From assembly GCA_041640655.1 (NCBI GenBank), contig JBEPZV010000050.1:1-17253 (forward strand): a stretch of 17,253 nucleotides of DNA. Direction: 5' to 3'. Made by a program: the position numbers and the translations under genes. Position 1 is the first letter of the stretch, and each line of letters opens with the position of its first letter. Source of the stretch: a bacterium (GTDB lineage: Bacteria > Acidobacteriota > Blastocatellia > HR10). Positions 1 to 8,111 of the stretch are shown here, in pieces. Under the pieces are notes generated by a model that searched no databases, had not been told where the DNA came from, and saw only the letters and a list, made by a program, of their open reading frames with translations.

Positions 1-2484
1 CGGGCTGAGACCGACGATGGGCTACAGGCCTTGTTGGAGGAGCGGAGAGCTTCGGCTGTTGTGAGCGAAATCATCAGCGCTCGGGAGATGGCGCGCGATG
101 TGAGGTCGGATGCGGCTTCTGTGCTCTCGCGCTTGGTCGGACTCTCAGTCGTTCAGAACAAGTACATCTACGTGCGTGGATTGGGCGAGCGCTACAGCCA
201 GACGACACTCGGCGATGCCGTGCTGCCGACGACCGAGCCGGATCGTCGGGTCGTCCCCATGGACCTGATCCCGGTCAATCTGCTGCAGGAAGTCCGCGTC
301 GTGAAATCGTTCGCTCCGGATCAGCCGGGTGAATTCTCCGGAGGGGTCGTGCGGCTTCGGACGCTGGATTTCCCCTCCGCAGGGACGCTCAAGGTCTCCA
401 CCTCCGTGGGGTTCAACACGCAGACCAGTTTGAAGTCCTTCCTCACCTATCCGGGCGGACGATGGGATTGGCTGGGCTTTGGAAAGGGCGCTCGCGCGCT
501 GCCGGCTCTCATCCCCGACGAGGCGGTAATCTCCGGGCGCTACGCTCCGTCTGAGTTGCAAACCTTCGGTCGCGCCTTTCGGCCCGTGTGGGAGCCGCGA
601 ACGCGCCAGGCGCTCCCCAACCAGAGTTACAGCATCTCGGGAGGGGGAAGTCGGGGGCGCTGGGGGCTTGTCGGCGCGCTTCATTTCGGCGCGACACTCC
701 AGACGCAGCAGGAGAATCGCCTCTTTTACATCCTCGGCAGTGGCGGGCGTCCCGTCCCCCGAAGCATCTTCGCGACTCCCGAGTTCCTCCGCCAACATGG
801 GATCTTGCCGCGCGTGCGGGAGGTCATCCCAGAGGGGGTGCTGAGCCTTTTGAGCGGGTACACATCCAGCGCTCGAACGGCGCGCTTGGGGGGATTGGCC
901 TCGGTCTCGTACCGACTGACGCCGCAGCATAAGCTCTCCTGGAGGACGTTCTACGCTCATGACGGAACGGATCAGGTGCGGGTCTATCAGGGATGGTATG
1001 AGAGCCGCTTCACCGTCATTCGGAATCAGCGGCTGCGCTTCACAGAGGAGGAGATCACCTCCGAGCAGCTCTCCGGAGAGTACACCCTCCCTGCTCTGGC
1101 GAACAGCGTCGTGGCGTGGCGATGGACATACTCGCGCGCTCGTCTGGATGAGCCGGATGGGCGCGAGATCATCTACGAGTTCGATCCCGCGCGACAGCAG
1201 TTCCGCTTCTTCAGCCAATTGCAAAGTGGGCTCCGGTTATTCAACATCATGCGAGAGAACCTGCGCGAGCCCGCGCTGGACTGGAGCGCCTTCTTCTTCG
1301 GGCGAAGCCTCACGCTCTCGCTCAAGGCCGGCGCCTCCTACAGCAACCGCGATCGCGCGTTCCTCTCCCGCCGGTTCCGGTTCATTCCGCGCCGCCTGCG
1401 CGGGATCAATCTCTTCCTGCCTCCGGAGCAGCTCCTGGCTCCGGAGAATATTCGTCCCGATGGATTTGAACTCTTCGAGGAGACGCGCCCGACCGATGCC
1501 TACGTGGCGGCTCACGACATCGTGGCCGGATACGCGATGGCCGACCTGACGGCCAAAAGATGGCGCCTCATCGCCGGCGGGCGCGTGGAGGAATCCGATC
1601 AGCGTGTCCAGACCTTCACCCCCTTCAATCGCACCCTGAACGTCGTGGAGGCCGGGCAAAAGGTGCGAGACATCCTCCCCAGCATGGGAGTGGTGCTCGC
1701 ACTCACCCCACAGATGCATCTGCGACTTGGATGGAGCCAGACGGTCGCGCGCCCACATTTCCGAGAGTTGAGCCCATACGAGTACACCGATGTGACGGGG
1801 GGACCATCGGCGCGCGGGAATCCCGATCTCCGGCGGACGCGGATCCGAAATCTCGATCTGCGGTGGGAGTGGTTTCGCCCCCCCGAGCTGCTCGCCGTGA
1901 GCTTCTTCCTCAAGCGGATGCGGGATCCGATCGAACCGGTGATCGAACCCTCCAATGAGACGACGATCGCCTCATGGCGTAACGCCTCAGGGGCCCGCAA
2001 TGCGGGCGTGGAGATCGAGGTCCGCCAAAGCCTGGGACTGCTGGGGACATTCGGGCAGCGGATGCAGATCTCGGGCAATTACACGTTCGTTCGCTCTCAA
2101 GTGACTCTTGGTCCACAGCAGTTGAATGTGCTGACCTCGCTCCGACGCCCCTTGGTCGGACAATCCACGCATCTCTTTAACGTCGCCTTTGATTACGAGA
2201 TCCCACGCTGGACCGCTCACGCGCGCCTGCTCGGTCAGTACATCGGGCGGCGCCTCACCGACGTCGGAGCCTATGGCCTGGCCGATATTGCTCAGCAGGG
2301 ATACCCGAGCCTGGATCTCATCTTCTCCAAGCAGTTTCTGGGCGAGGCCAAGCGGATGGAGGTCAAGGTCTCGCTGGAGAATCTCCTCAATTACACGCTC
2401 CGATTCTCTCAGGGATCAGATCCCTATTGGTCTTACCGTCGAGGCCGGACGTTCCAGATCGGCCTCTCATATCGAATCTACTGA
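1..2484 (+). CDS. TonB-dependent outer membrane receptor, 5'-truncated by the window edge
   Basis: Frame is open from base 1. It has plug-domain motifs (SDAASVLSRLVGLSV, YIYVRGLGERYS, LPTTEPDRRVVPMDLIP, VVKSFAPDQPGEFSGGVV), barrel motifs (SQTVARPHFRELSP, GNPDL, NLDLRWEWF, NYTFVRS, ENLLN) and a C-terminal amphipathic strand ending in an aromatic residue (GRTFQIGLSYRIY). Confidence 0.95.
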   Translation, partial: RAETDDGLQALLEERRASAVVSEIISAREMARDVRSDAASVLSRLVGLSVVQNKYIYVRGLGERYSQTTLGDAVLPTTEPDRRVVPMDLIPVNLLQEVRVVKSFAPDQPGEFSGGVVRLRTLDFPSAGTLKVSTSVGFNTQTSLKSFLTYPGGRWDWLGFGKGARALPALIPDEAVISGRYAPSELQTFGRAFRPVWEPRTRQALPNQSYSISGGGSRGRWGLVGALHFGATLQTQQENRLFYILGSGGRPVPRSIFATPEFLRQHGILPRVREVIPEGVLSLLSGYTSSARTARLGGLASVSYRLTPQHKLSWRTFYAHDGTDQVRVYQGWYESRFTVIRNQRLRFTEEEITSEQLSGEYTLPALANSVVAWRWTYSRARLDEPDGREIIYEFDPARQQFRFFSQLQSGLRLFNIMRENLREPALDWSAFFFGRSLTLSLKAGASYSNRDRAFLSRRFRFIPRRLRGINLFLPPEQLLAPENIRPDGFELFEETRPTDAYVAAHDIVAGYAMADLTAKRWRLIAGGRVEESDQRVQTFTPFNRTLNVVEAGQKVRDILPSMGVVLALTPQMHLRLGWSQTVARPHFRELSPYEYTDVTGGPSARGNPDLRRTRIRNLDLRWEWFRPPELLAVSFFLKRMRDPIEPVIEPSNETTIASWRNASGARNAGVEIEVRQSLGLLGTFGQRMQISGNYTFVRSQVTLGPQQLNVLTSLRRPLVGQSTHLFNVAFDYEIPRWTAHARLLGQYIGRRLTDVGAYGLADIAQQGYPSLDLIFSKQFLGEAKRMEVKVSLENLLNYTLRFSQGSDPYWSYRRGRTFQIGLSYRIY

Positions 2485-2496
2485 ACGGAGGTCACG

Positions 2497-3771
2497 ATGA
2501 AACGACGAGCATGGGTCCAGAGAGGACTGGGGATCCTCGTAACACTCTGTCTGGTTGGTACGTCTTTCGTCACGGCTCAGCAGAAGGAGCAAGTGATCGT
2601 GCAAGGAGACATCACCTCCGATCGCACGTGGACACCGGATAAGGAATACGTTCTCAGTGGAGCGGTCTTCGTGCGAGCCGGAGCGACGCTCACGATCCTC
2701 CCCGGCACGGTCATCAAGGGGCTGGATCGCAGCTTCCTCGTCATTGACCGAGGGGCGAAGATCATCGCTGAAGGAACGCCTAGTGCGCCAATCATCTTCA
2801 CCAGTGCGCAGCCACCAGGGCAGCGCGGGCCGCGCGATTGGGGCGGGGTGTGGATCAATGGCCGCGCACCGATCAACGCGCCCGGCGGCGAGGAACAAGG
2901 AGAAGCGGGACTGACCGGGATCTACGGGGGTAACGATCCGAATGACAATAGCGGCATCATCCGCTACGTGCGGATCGAGTTCGCCGGATTCCCGGTCGCT
3001 CCCGATCGCGAGTTGAATAACTTCACGCTCGCGGGCGTCGGCGCCGGAACCATCGTGGACCACGTCCACGTCAATCGCGGCGCTGACGACGGGATCGAGC
3101 TCTTCGGTGGCACCGTGAACGTGAAGTACATCCTGGTCACCGGGCCGGGCGATGACGGATTCGATTGGCAGACGGGATGGACGGGAAAGGCACAGTTCGT
3201 CGTCGTCCAGCAGGATGGTGAGGTGGACCCCTCGGCTGATCGTGGGATCGAAGCCGATAACAACGAGAACGATCACAATCTCCTCCCCCGCTCGAACCCG
3301 GTGCTCTATAACTTCACTCTCGTGGGCGATCCGCGACCGGAGACCGGTGGCGGAGCCGGTATCGTGCTCCGACGAGGGACCGCCGGGACGCTCCGCAACT
3401 TCATCGTCATCGGTTTCAAGCGCGCAGGGCTCGATATTCAAGGAGCTGTCAGCCAAGCGCTCGCTCAAAATGGGGAGCTGGTGATCTCCCACTCGATCTT
3501 CTTCGAGAACGCTCCGAACTTCGCCTCCGGCGCGACCGCTTCGCTCGTCGAGCGCTTCACAAGGATCGCGATCGTGGATCCCCGTCTCCGTGATCCGTTC
3601 AACCTCGACGATCCCGATTTTCGACCTGCTGACGATTCTCCCGCGCTCGAACGCGCGCGCGTGGCATCGCCTCCAGATGACGGGTTCTTCGAGCCCGTGA
3701 CTTTCTTGGGCGGCGTCCATCCCCAGAACGATTGGACCAAGGCCAAGTGGGTGCACATCGCTCGAGAGTAG
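2497..3771 (+). CDS. Secreted protein with probable right-handed beta-helix (pectin-lyase-like) fold, of a family often encoded next to TonB-dependent receptors
   Basis: SD GGAGGT at 2487-2492. Sec signal peptide MKRRAW...FVTA|QQ. Family motifs seen: GATLTILPGTVIKG, GAKIIAEGT..PIIFTS, DWGGV, YGGNDPNDNSGIIRYVRIEFAG, ELNNFTLAGVGAGT, DDGIELFGGTVN, GDDGFDW, GIEADNN. Confidence 0.85.
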   Translation: MKRRAWVQRGLGILVTLCLVGTSFVTAQQKEQVIVQGDITSDRTWTPDKEYVLSGAVFVRAGATLTILPGTVIKGLDRSFLVIDRGAKIIAEGTPSAPIIFTSAQPPGQRGPRDWGGVWINGRAPINAPGGEEQGEAGLTGIYGGNDPNDNSGIIRYVRIEFAGFPVAPDRELNNFTLAGVGAGTIVDHVHVNRGADDGIELFGGTVNVKYILVTGPGDDGFDWQTGWTGKAQFVVVQQDGEVDPSADRGIEADNNENDHNLLPRSNPVLYNFTLVGDPRPETGGGAGIVLRRGTAGTLRNFIVIGFKRAGLDIQGAVSQALAQNGELVISHSIFFENAPNFASGATASLVERFTRIAIVDPRLRDPFNLDDPDFRPADDSPALERARVASPPDDGFFEPVTFLGGVHPQNDWTKAKWVHIARE

Positions 3772-3790
3772 TGACAGGGGGCGCGCGGAC

Positions 3791-4420
3791 ATGAACAAAG
3801 GTGGGCCGATTCCCGCGCAACCGCACCGACTCACAACCGCGCGCTCCCCTCTGCTGGATCTCCTCAAGCAGACGCGCGCATCTGCGGGAAAGATCATGTG
3901 GGCCATCGGGCTTGTGCTGAGTGTGCTCCCTCTGCTCCTCAGCTCACGTTCCTGGTTCTCACCGGACGCACGATCGAATATCTCACCGCGCGAGTCCATG
4001 GTCCTCTCCCCAGAAGCGCGCGCAGGTCTTCGAACACTCGCCGAGTCCATTCTGCGCGCGCTCCGCATCAGCGACCGCGCAGCCCTTGAGCAGCTCGTCC
4101 TCACCAAAAGCGCGTTCTGCGAGAAGCTGTGGCCCAAGCTGCCGCCCGTGCCCAACCTGACGTGCGAATGGGTGTGGTCGGCGTACGCGCCGCAAAATGC
4201 CGAAGGCCTTCATCGCCTCCTTCGAGAGCACGGCGGACGTCATTACACGCTCATTCGCGTTGAGCCACAACGGATCGTCTCATATGGCGAGGCGCGCGTT
4301 TACGAGCGCGTGCGTATGATCGTGATGGATGAGTCGGGACAGCAACGCGCGTTGCGACTCTCCGGGTCAATCTGCGAACTCGACGGAGCCTTCCGAATAT
4401 GCAGCTTCATCCTCGACTAG
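3791..4420 (+). CDS. Hypothetical exported or membrane-anchored protein (alternative start ATG 3896)
   Basis: Starts 19 bp after the previous stop on the same strand. Hydrophobic segment MWAIGLVLSVLPLLL is followed by an alpha+beta-like domain (LAESILRALRISDRAALEQL...HGGRHYTLIRVE...RLSGSICELDGAFRICSFILD). Confidence 0.7.
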   Translation: MNKGGPIPAQPHRLTTARSPLLDLLKQTRASAGKIMWAIGLVLSVLPLLLSSRSWFSPDARSNISPRESMVLSPEARAGLRTLAESILRALRISDRAALEQLVLTKSAFCEKLWPKLPPVPNLTCEWVWSAYAPQNAEGLHRLLREHGGRHYTLIRVEPQRIVSYGEARVYERVRMIVMDESGQQRALRLSGSICELDGAFRICSFILD

Positions 4421-4471
4421 GCCCCACCTCGCAATCCCGTACCCCGAGCCACCCTGGTAGGGGCCCCACTC

Positions 4472-4513
4472 TGAAGCGAGGGAAGGGAATCCCCATATCC
4501 CTCCCCCGCTTCA
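4472..4513. terminator. Long imperfect hairpin between convergent genes, possible bidirectional terminator
   Basis: TGAAGCG (4472-4478) pairs with CGCTTCA (4507-4513), and the inner AGGGAAGGGA pairs imperfectly with TCCCTCCCC. It lies between stops at 4420 (+) and 4543 (-). No U-tract on either side. Confidence 0.45.
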
Positions 4514-4542
4514 TGCGCCGCAGCGGCCGTCGGAGCTCCCGG

Positions 4543-4956
4543 CTAAGGCGTAGGCTTCATCTCTTGACCGACGAGATTCTTCAACTCGCTGCGCAACCGC
4601 TCGATCTCGCGGATCTTCTCCTCAATCCGCTCAAATAATCCGGCCTGCGCCTTAATCCCCTCACTGATCAAAAACGCGGCGCTCTCGGAACGACTCTTGA
4701 AGATCCCCGCCTCCACCAGCTCGTCAATGCGTCGCAAAGCTTCACGATTCACACGGACCATCAGCGGAAAGTCCCGCCCCTGAAGCGCCTTCTCAATCGC
4801 CTTGGCGATCGAATCCGGAATCCGCTGCGCAAACTCCCTCACCGAGGACGCGATTTCTTCAAGCGGATCGGTTCGCTCGCCCTCCACAGGCACCCTCTTC
4901 TCAATGGGTCTCCCCTGCTCCTTACTCTCGATCGTGATTTCCGGCTCCTCGATCAT
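4543..4956 (-). CDS. Ribbon-helix-helix (CopG/MetJ-like) domain protein with C-terminal coiled coil
   Basis: Strong SD GGAGGAGG before the ATG. RHH pattern PLMVRVNREALRRIDELVEAGIFKSRSESAAFLISEGI, then the heptad stretch LFERIEEKIREIERLRSELKNLV. Confidence 0.85.
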   Translation of the reverse strand: MIEEPEITIESKEQGRPIEKRVPVEGERTDPLEEIASSVREFAQRIPDSIAKAIEKALQGRDFPLMVRVNREALRRIDELVEAGIFKSRSESAAFLISEGIKAQAGLFERIEEKIREIERLRSELKNLVGQEMKPTP

Positions 4957-4985
4957 AAGCCCTCCTCCGAAGACGAATTCATTGC

Positions 4986-5040
4986 TTACGCGACAATCGC
5001 GTAATTGCGTTACACCGTTGCAGTATAGCGCGTGATTGCG
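4986..5040. promoter_or_regulatory. Putative operator: palindrome plus 12-bp direct repeat
   Basis: Perfect inverted repeat TTACGCGA-caa-TCGCGTAA (4986-5004). Direct repeat CGCGTAATTGCG (4998-5009) and CGCGTGATTGCG (5029-5040), one mismatch, 31 bp apart. Confidence 0.6.
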
Positions 5041-5050
5041 AACGTGGCAA
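5022..5050 (-). promoter_or_regulatory. Sigma70-type promoter for the RHH gene
   Basis: Minus strand reads TTGCCA (5050-5045), 17 bp spacer, TATACT (5027-5022). The -10 is about 65 bp upstream of the ATG at 4956. Confidence 0.75.
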
Positions 5051-5163
5051 TAGCTACAAGTTCGGCCCGAGGTTCGCTTCGCTCGCCCAAAGCTAAAAAT
5101 GCTCGGGCGTGCCGGCTTAGAGACGGAAGAGATGGTAATCGCACAATGGAGATCCGCTCGTAT

Positions 5164-6627
5164 TCACCTGGAGTCCACCCGCGCGGGTTCATGGGCGGAG
5201 TGTGGAGGTTCGCCGTCCGGCGATTCATCCCGAAGGGGTGGAGCGATGGTGCTCAGAGCGCGGAGCATATCGCGCTCTTCCTCTGGCGAGACGGTGCGGA
5301 GATCGAGCACCACCTCTTCCTCCTCGATGCGCGCGATCACAGGGGGATCAGCGGCGCGCAGCCGGGCATCCAGCTCGTGCGCCGAGAGCTGTTGGTGGCG
5401 CAGGGCGATGAGTGTCGTCTGAAGCCCCACTCCCGGAGCGGAACCGCCGCCGGTGACCGAGACACCTTCCTTCAATCGAATGTGAAAGGCTGCGCCGCAT
5501 GCGCGCCGGAGCCGACGGGCGAACGCTCGTGCACGACGTCGGAGATGTTCTGGCGTCAGAGCGATCATCCGCAGAACCGGGACTTCGTCGAAGCGCCCGG
5601 CCAGATACGCGCGCAGGGTTGCTTCGAGCGCGGCGAGGGTGAGCTTATCCGGCCGGACGACGCGCATCAGGGGATTTCGGGCCAGGCGCTCGATGATCGC
5701 CGCACGCCCGACGATGATCCCCGCCTGCGGCCCGCCCAGCAATTTATCTCCGCTGAAGGAGCACACGTCCACGCCGTCGGCCAGAGACTGAGCTACGGTC
5801 GGCTCATCGGAGATCCCCCATGGGCTCACATCCACCAGGCATCCGCTCCCCAAATCCTCGTAGCAGGGGAGGCCATACCGATGAGCCAGGGCGACGAGGT
5901 CTTTGAGAGAGGGCCGCTCAGTGAATCCGATGATGCGGAAATTACTCCAATGTGCGCGCAAGATGAGCCGCGTGCGTTCCGTAATGGCTCGCTCGTAATC
6001 GTCCAACCGCGTGCGATTCGTCGTCCCGACTTCGCGCAAAATGGCTCCGGATTTCGCCATGATCTCGGGAAGCCGGAAGGCGCCGCCGATCTCGATCAGC
6101 TCTCCACGCGAGACGAGGACTTCCCCGCCCTCGGCCAGGGTGTTGAGCACCAGCAGCACGGCGGCCGCGTTATTGTTGACGACGAGCGCGGCCTCTGCAC
6201 CCAGCAGACGGCGCAGCACCTCCTGGCAATGCACCTCGCGCCGCCCGCGCTCACCCCGCACGAGATCGTATTCGAGGTTGGCGTATCCCGCGCCGATCTG
6301 TTCCAGGGCGCGGAGCGCTGTCGCTGAGAGGGGCGCGCGCCCGAGATTGGTGTGGAGGATGACGCCGGTCGCATTGATCACCCGCCGCAGCGAGGGGCGC
6401 TCCAGCGCCTCCAAGCGCGCGCGCAACCGGCGCTCAATCTCGCGCGGCACCTCATCGAGCGCCACGACGAGACGCCCCGCGCGGATCTCCTCACGCACCG
6501 TTTCCGTGACGGCGCGCACCTCGCGGACGACGAGGGCGCGCCCGAGCCGCTCGATCCACGGGGCCACCGAGGCCCATCGCAAGATGGACTCCACCGACGG
6601 AATCGCCCGCAAGCGTTCGACCGCCAT
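5164..6627 (-). CDS. selA: L-seryl-tRNA(Sec) selenium transferase (selenocysteine synthase); alternative start 6645
   Basis: Motifs LRAIPSV, LRRVINATGVILHTNLGRAPL, NLEYDL..GERGRR, VNNNAAAVLL, VSRGELIEIGGAFRLPEIM, EVGTTNRT, DLGSG, the PLP-lysine motif FSGDKLLGGPQAG, GGGSAP and LDLRTV. GGGAG precedes ATG 6627. Confidence 0.97.
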   Translation of the reverse strand: MAVERLRAIPSVESILRWASVAPWIERLGRALVVREVRAVTETVREEIRAGRLVVALDEVPREIERRLRARLEALERPSLRRVINATGVILHTNLGRAPLSATALRALEQIGAGYANLEYDLVRGERGRREVHCQEVLRRLLGAEAALVVNNNAAAVLLVLNTLAEGGEVLVSRGELIEIGGAFRLPEIMAKSGAILREVGTTNRTRLDDYERAITERTRLILRAHWSNFRIIGFTERPSLKDLVALAHRYGLPCYEDLGSGCLVDVSPWGISDEPTVAQSLADGVDVCSFSGDKLLGGPQAGIIVGRAAIIERLARNPLMRVVRPDKLTLAALEATLRAYLAGRFDEVPVLRMIALTPEHLRRRARAFARRLRRACGAAFHIRLKEGVSVTGGGSAPGVGLQTTLIALRHQQLSAHELDARLRAADPPVIARIEEEEVVLDLRTVSPEEERDMLRALSTIAPPLRDESPDGEPPHSAHEPARVDSR

Positions 6628-6666
6628 CTCACGCTCCCACGCCATAGAGGCGAAGCGCAGGGTCCG

Positions 6667-7398
6667 CTATGGCTTCTTCGCTGCCTGCGGCGGCTCGCTC
6701 ACCTGAATGCGGACGGTGAACTCACCACTGTTATCTTTGAGCTCGCCGTCGTTGACCATCAGATACAACTGACCGCCGCGATGGGCGACCAGCTCGGCCG
6801 CCGGCCCGATGAAGATGAAGTCATCGTTATCATCGCCGATGACCGCGATCAGGCCTCCACTTGGACGATCCGGCATCAACTTGCCGGGGTCGCTCAGCTC
6901 GATCCCCTCCGGCCCCACCTCGCGCGTCGGCGAGATGCGCACGCGTCCGCTGACGGCCAGCCGCAGCTTCTGTCCTCTGACGAGCGTGATCCCCGTATCG
7001 GTCCATTCCGCGTTGGCCGGGACCCTCACGGTGTACTCTCGATACTGCGGCAGCGTCACAGCCTCCGCTGGCAGGGAAGCTGCCGGCTCCGGCGTCGAAC
7101 GCGCCTCCGCCGTCGCCTCCGGCGCGCGCGGCGCCTCCGCGTGGACCGGCGCGGCCTCCCCGAAATCTATGCGCTCCACGTCGGCGACGTGGATGATGGC
7201 TCGACTCTGCGTGCCGGCGAGGATCATCGTGAACTCCCCGTTCTCAAATCGAACGAGACGTCCGCGCAGGATGGACCCATTGCGCAACCGCACGGTGTGC
7301 AACTCCTCAGACGCGAAGCCACGCGCGCCGATGGCCGGCGTTGCGATCACGAGGCTCCCCAGCGCGATGCTCACAGCGGCGAATGCTCTGCCGTTCAT
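6667..7398 (-). CDS. Exported protein with a C-terminal PA-IL/LecA-like (galactose-binding-like fold) domain
   Basis: SD GAGGAG before ATG 7398, then a signal peptide, a small beta domain (VRLRNGSILRG...VADVERIDF) and a Pro/Ala/Glu linker. The C-terminal domain reads VRVPANAEWTDTGI..RGQKL..VSG..VGPEG..GGLIAVIG..FIFIG..GQLYLMVND..DNSGEFTVRI. Confidence 0.75.
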   Translation of the reverse strand: MNGRAFAAVSIALGSLVIATPAIGARGFASEELHTVRLRNGSILRGRLVRFENGEFTMILAGTQSRAIIHVADVERIDFGEAAPVHAEAPRAPEATAEARSTPEPAASLPAEAVTLPQYREYTVRVPANAEWTDTGITLVRGQKLRLAVSGRVRISPTREVGPEGIELSDPGKLMPDRPSGGLIAVIGDDNDDFIFIGPAAELVAHRGGQLYLMVNDGELKDNSGEFTVRIQVSEPPQAAKKP

Positions 7399-7474
7399 CT
7401 TCTCCTCTCCCCTCATCGCGCGCATCGGTCCGTGGCGACGTCATGGCCTCGAACCGAGCCGAAGGCTCGCGCGC

Positions 7475-8104
7475 TCATGGGAGCGCGGCGAGCGTCTCCA
7501 CATACTGACGCGCTCGTGCCGTGATGTCCGGCGCACTCAAGAGGTCGGCGATCACAGCGACGGCATCCGCGCCCGCTGCGATGACGCGCGGTGCCGTCTC
7601 CAGCGTGATGCCGCCGATGGCGACCAGAGGCTTGCGAATTCGCGCCCGCACGGCTCGAACCATCTCCACGCCGACGACCGGATCCGGATTCTCCTTCGTC
7701 CGCGTGGGGAAGATCGGACCGATGGCGAGATAATCCACGGGCCAGGTGTCGGCCACGAGCGCTTGCTCGAGCGAATGCGTCGAGAAGCCGATGAGGCGAT
7801 CCGGTCCGAGCAACGCGCGCGCTTTCTCCGGCGGGAGATCCTCCTGTCCGAGATGCACCCCATCGGCGCCGACGGCCAACGCGATGTCCACGCGATCGTT
7901 GATGAGCAGCCGAACGCCCAGTTCCCGAGCGACGGCCACAGCCTCGCGCGCTTGCTCGTAGAAGGCTCGCGGCGAGGCTGCCTTCTCCCGAAGCTGGATG
8001 AGACGAATCCCTCCGGCGGCCAAGCGCCGCACCTGCTCGGCATGCGAGAGTCCGGTCAGCCGACAATCCGTGATCGCATACACGCGCGGCAGGTTCACCG
8101 CCAT
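7475..8104 (-). CDS. thiE: Thiamine-phosphate synthase
   Basis: Motifs VYAITD, IQLREK, INDRVDIALAVGADGVHLGQEDL, IGFSTH, GPIFPTRTK, VAIGGIT, GADAVAVI. ATG 8104 lies 7 bp after the upstream stop. Confidence 0.95.
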   Translation of the reverse strand: MAVNLPRVYAITDCRLTGLSHAEQVRRLAAGGIRLIQLREKAASPRAFYEQAREAVAVARELGVRLLINDRVDIALAVGADGVHLGQEDLPPEKARALLGPDRLIGFSTHSLEQALVADTWPVDYLAIGPIFPTRTKENPDPVVGVEMVRAVRARIRKPLVAIGGITLETAPRVIAAGADAVAVIADLLSAPDITARARQYVETLAALP

Positions 8105-8111
8105 AGAGCGT

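Noticed and set aside
145..4155. Long minus-strand ORFs (145-1224, 2467-4155 and others)
   Set aside because: They lie opposite well-supported plus-strand genes and have no recognisable domains.
5051..5163. Possible tRNA-Sec (selC) or terminator downstream of selA; 7-bp inverted repeat GCCCGAG/CTCGGGC (5065-5108)
   Set aside because: No UCA anticodon arm or cloverleaf could be built. The repeat has a 30-nt loop and is too weak to call.
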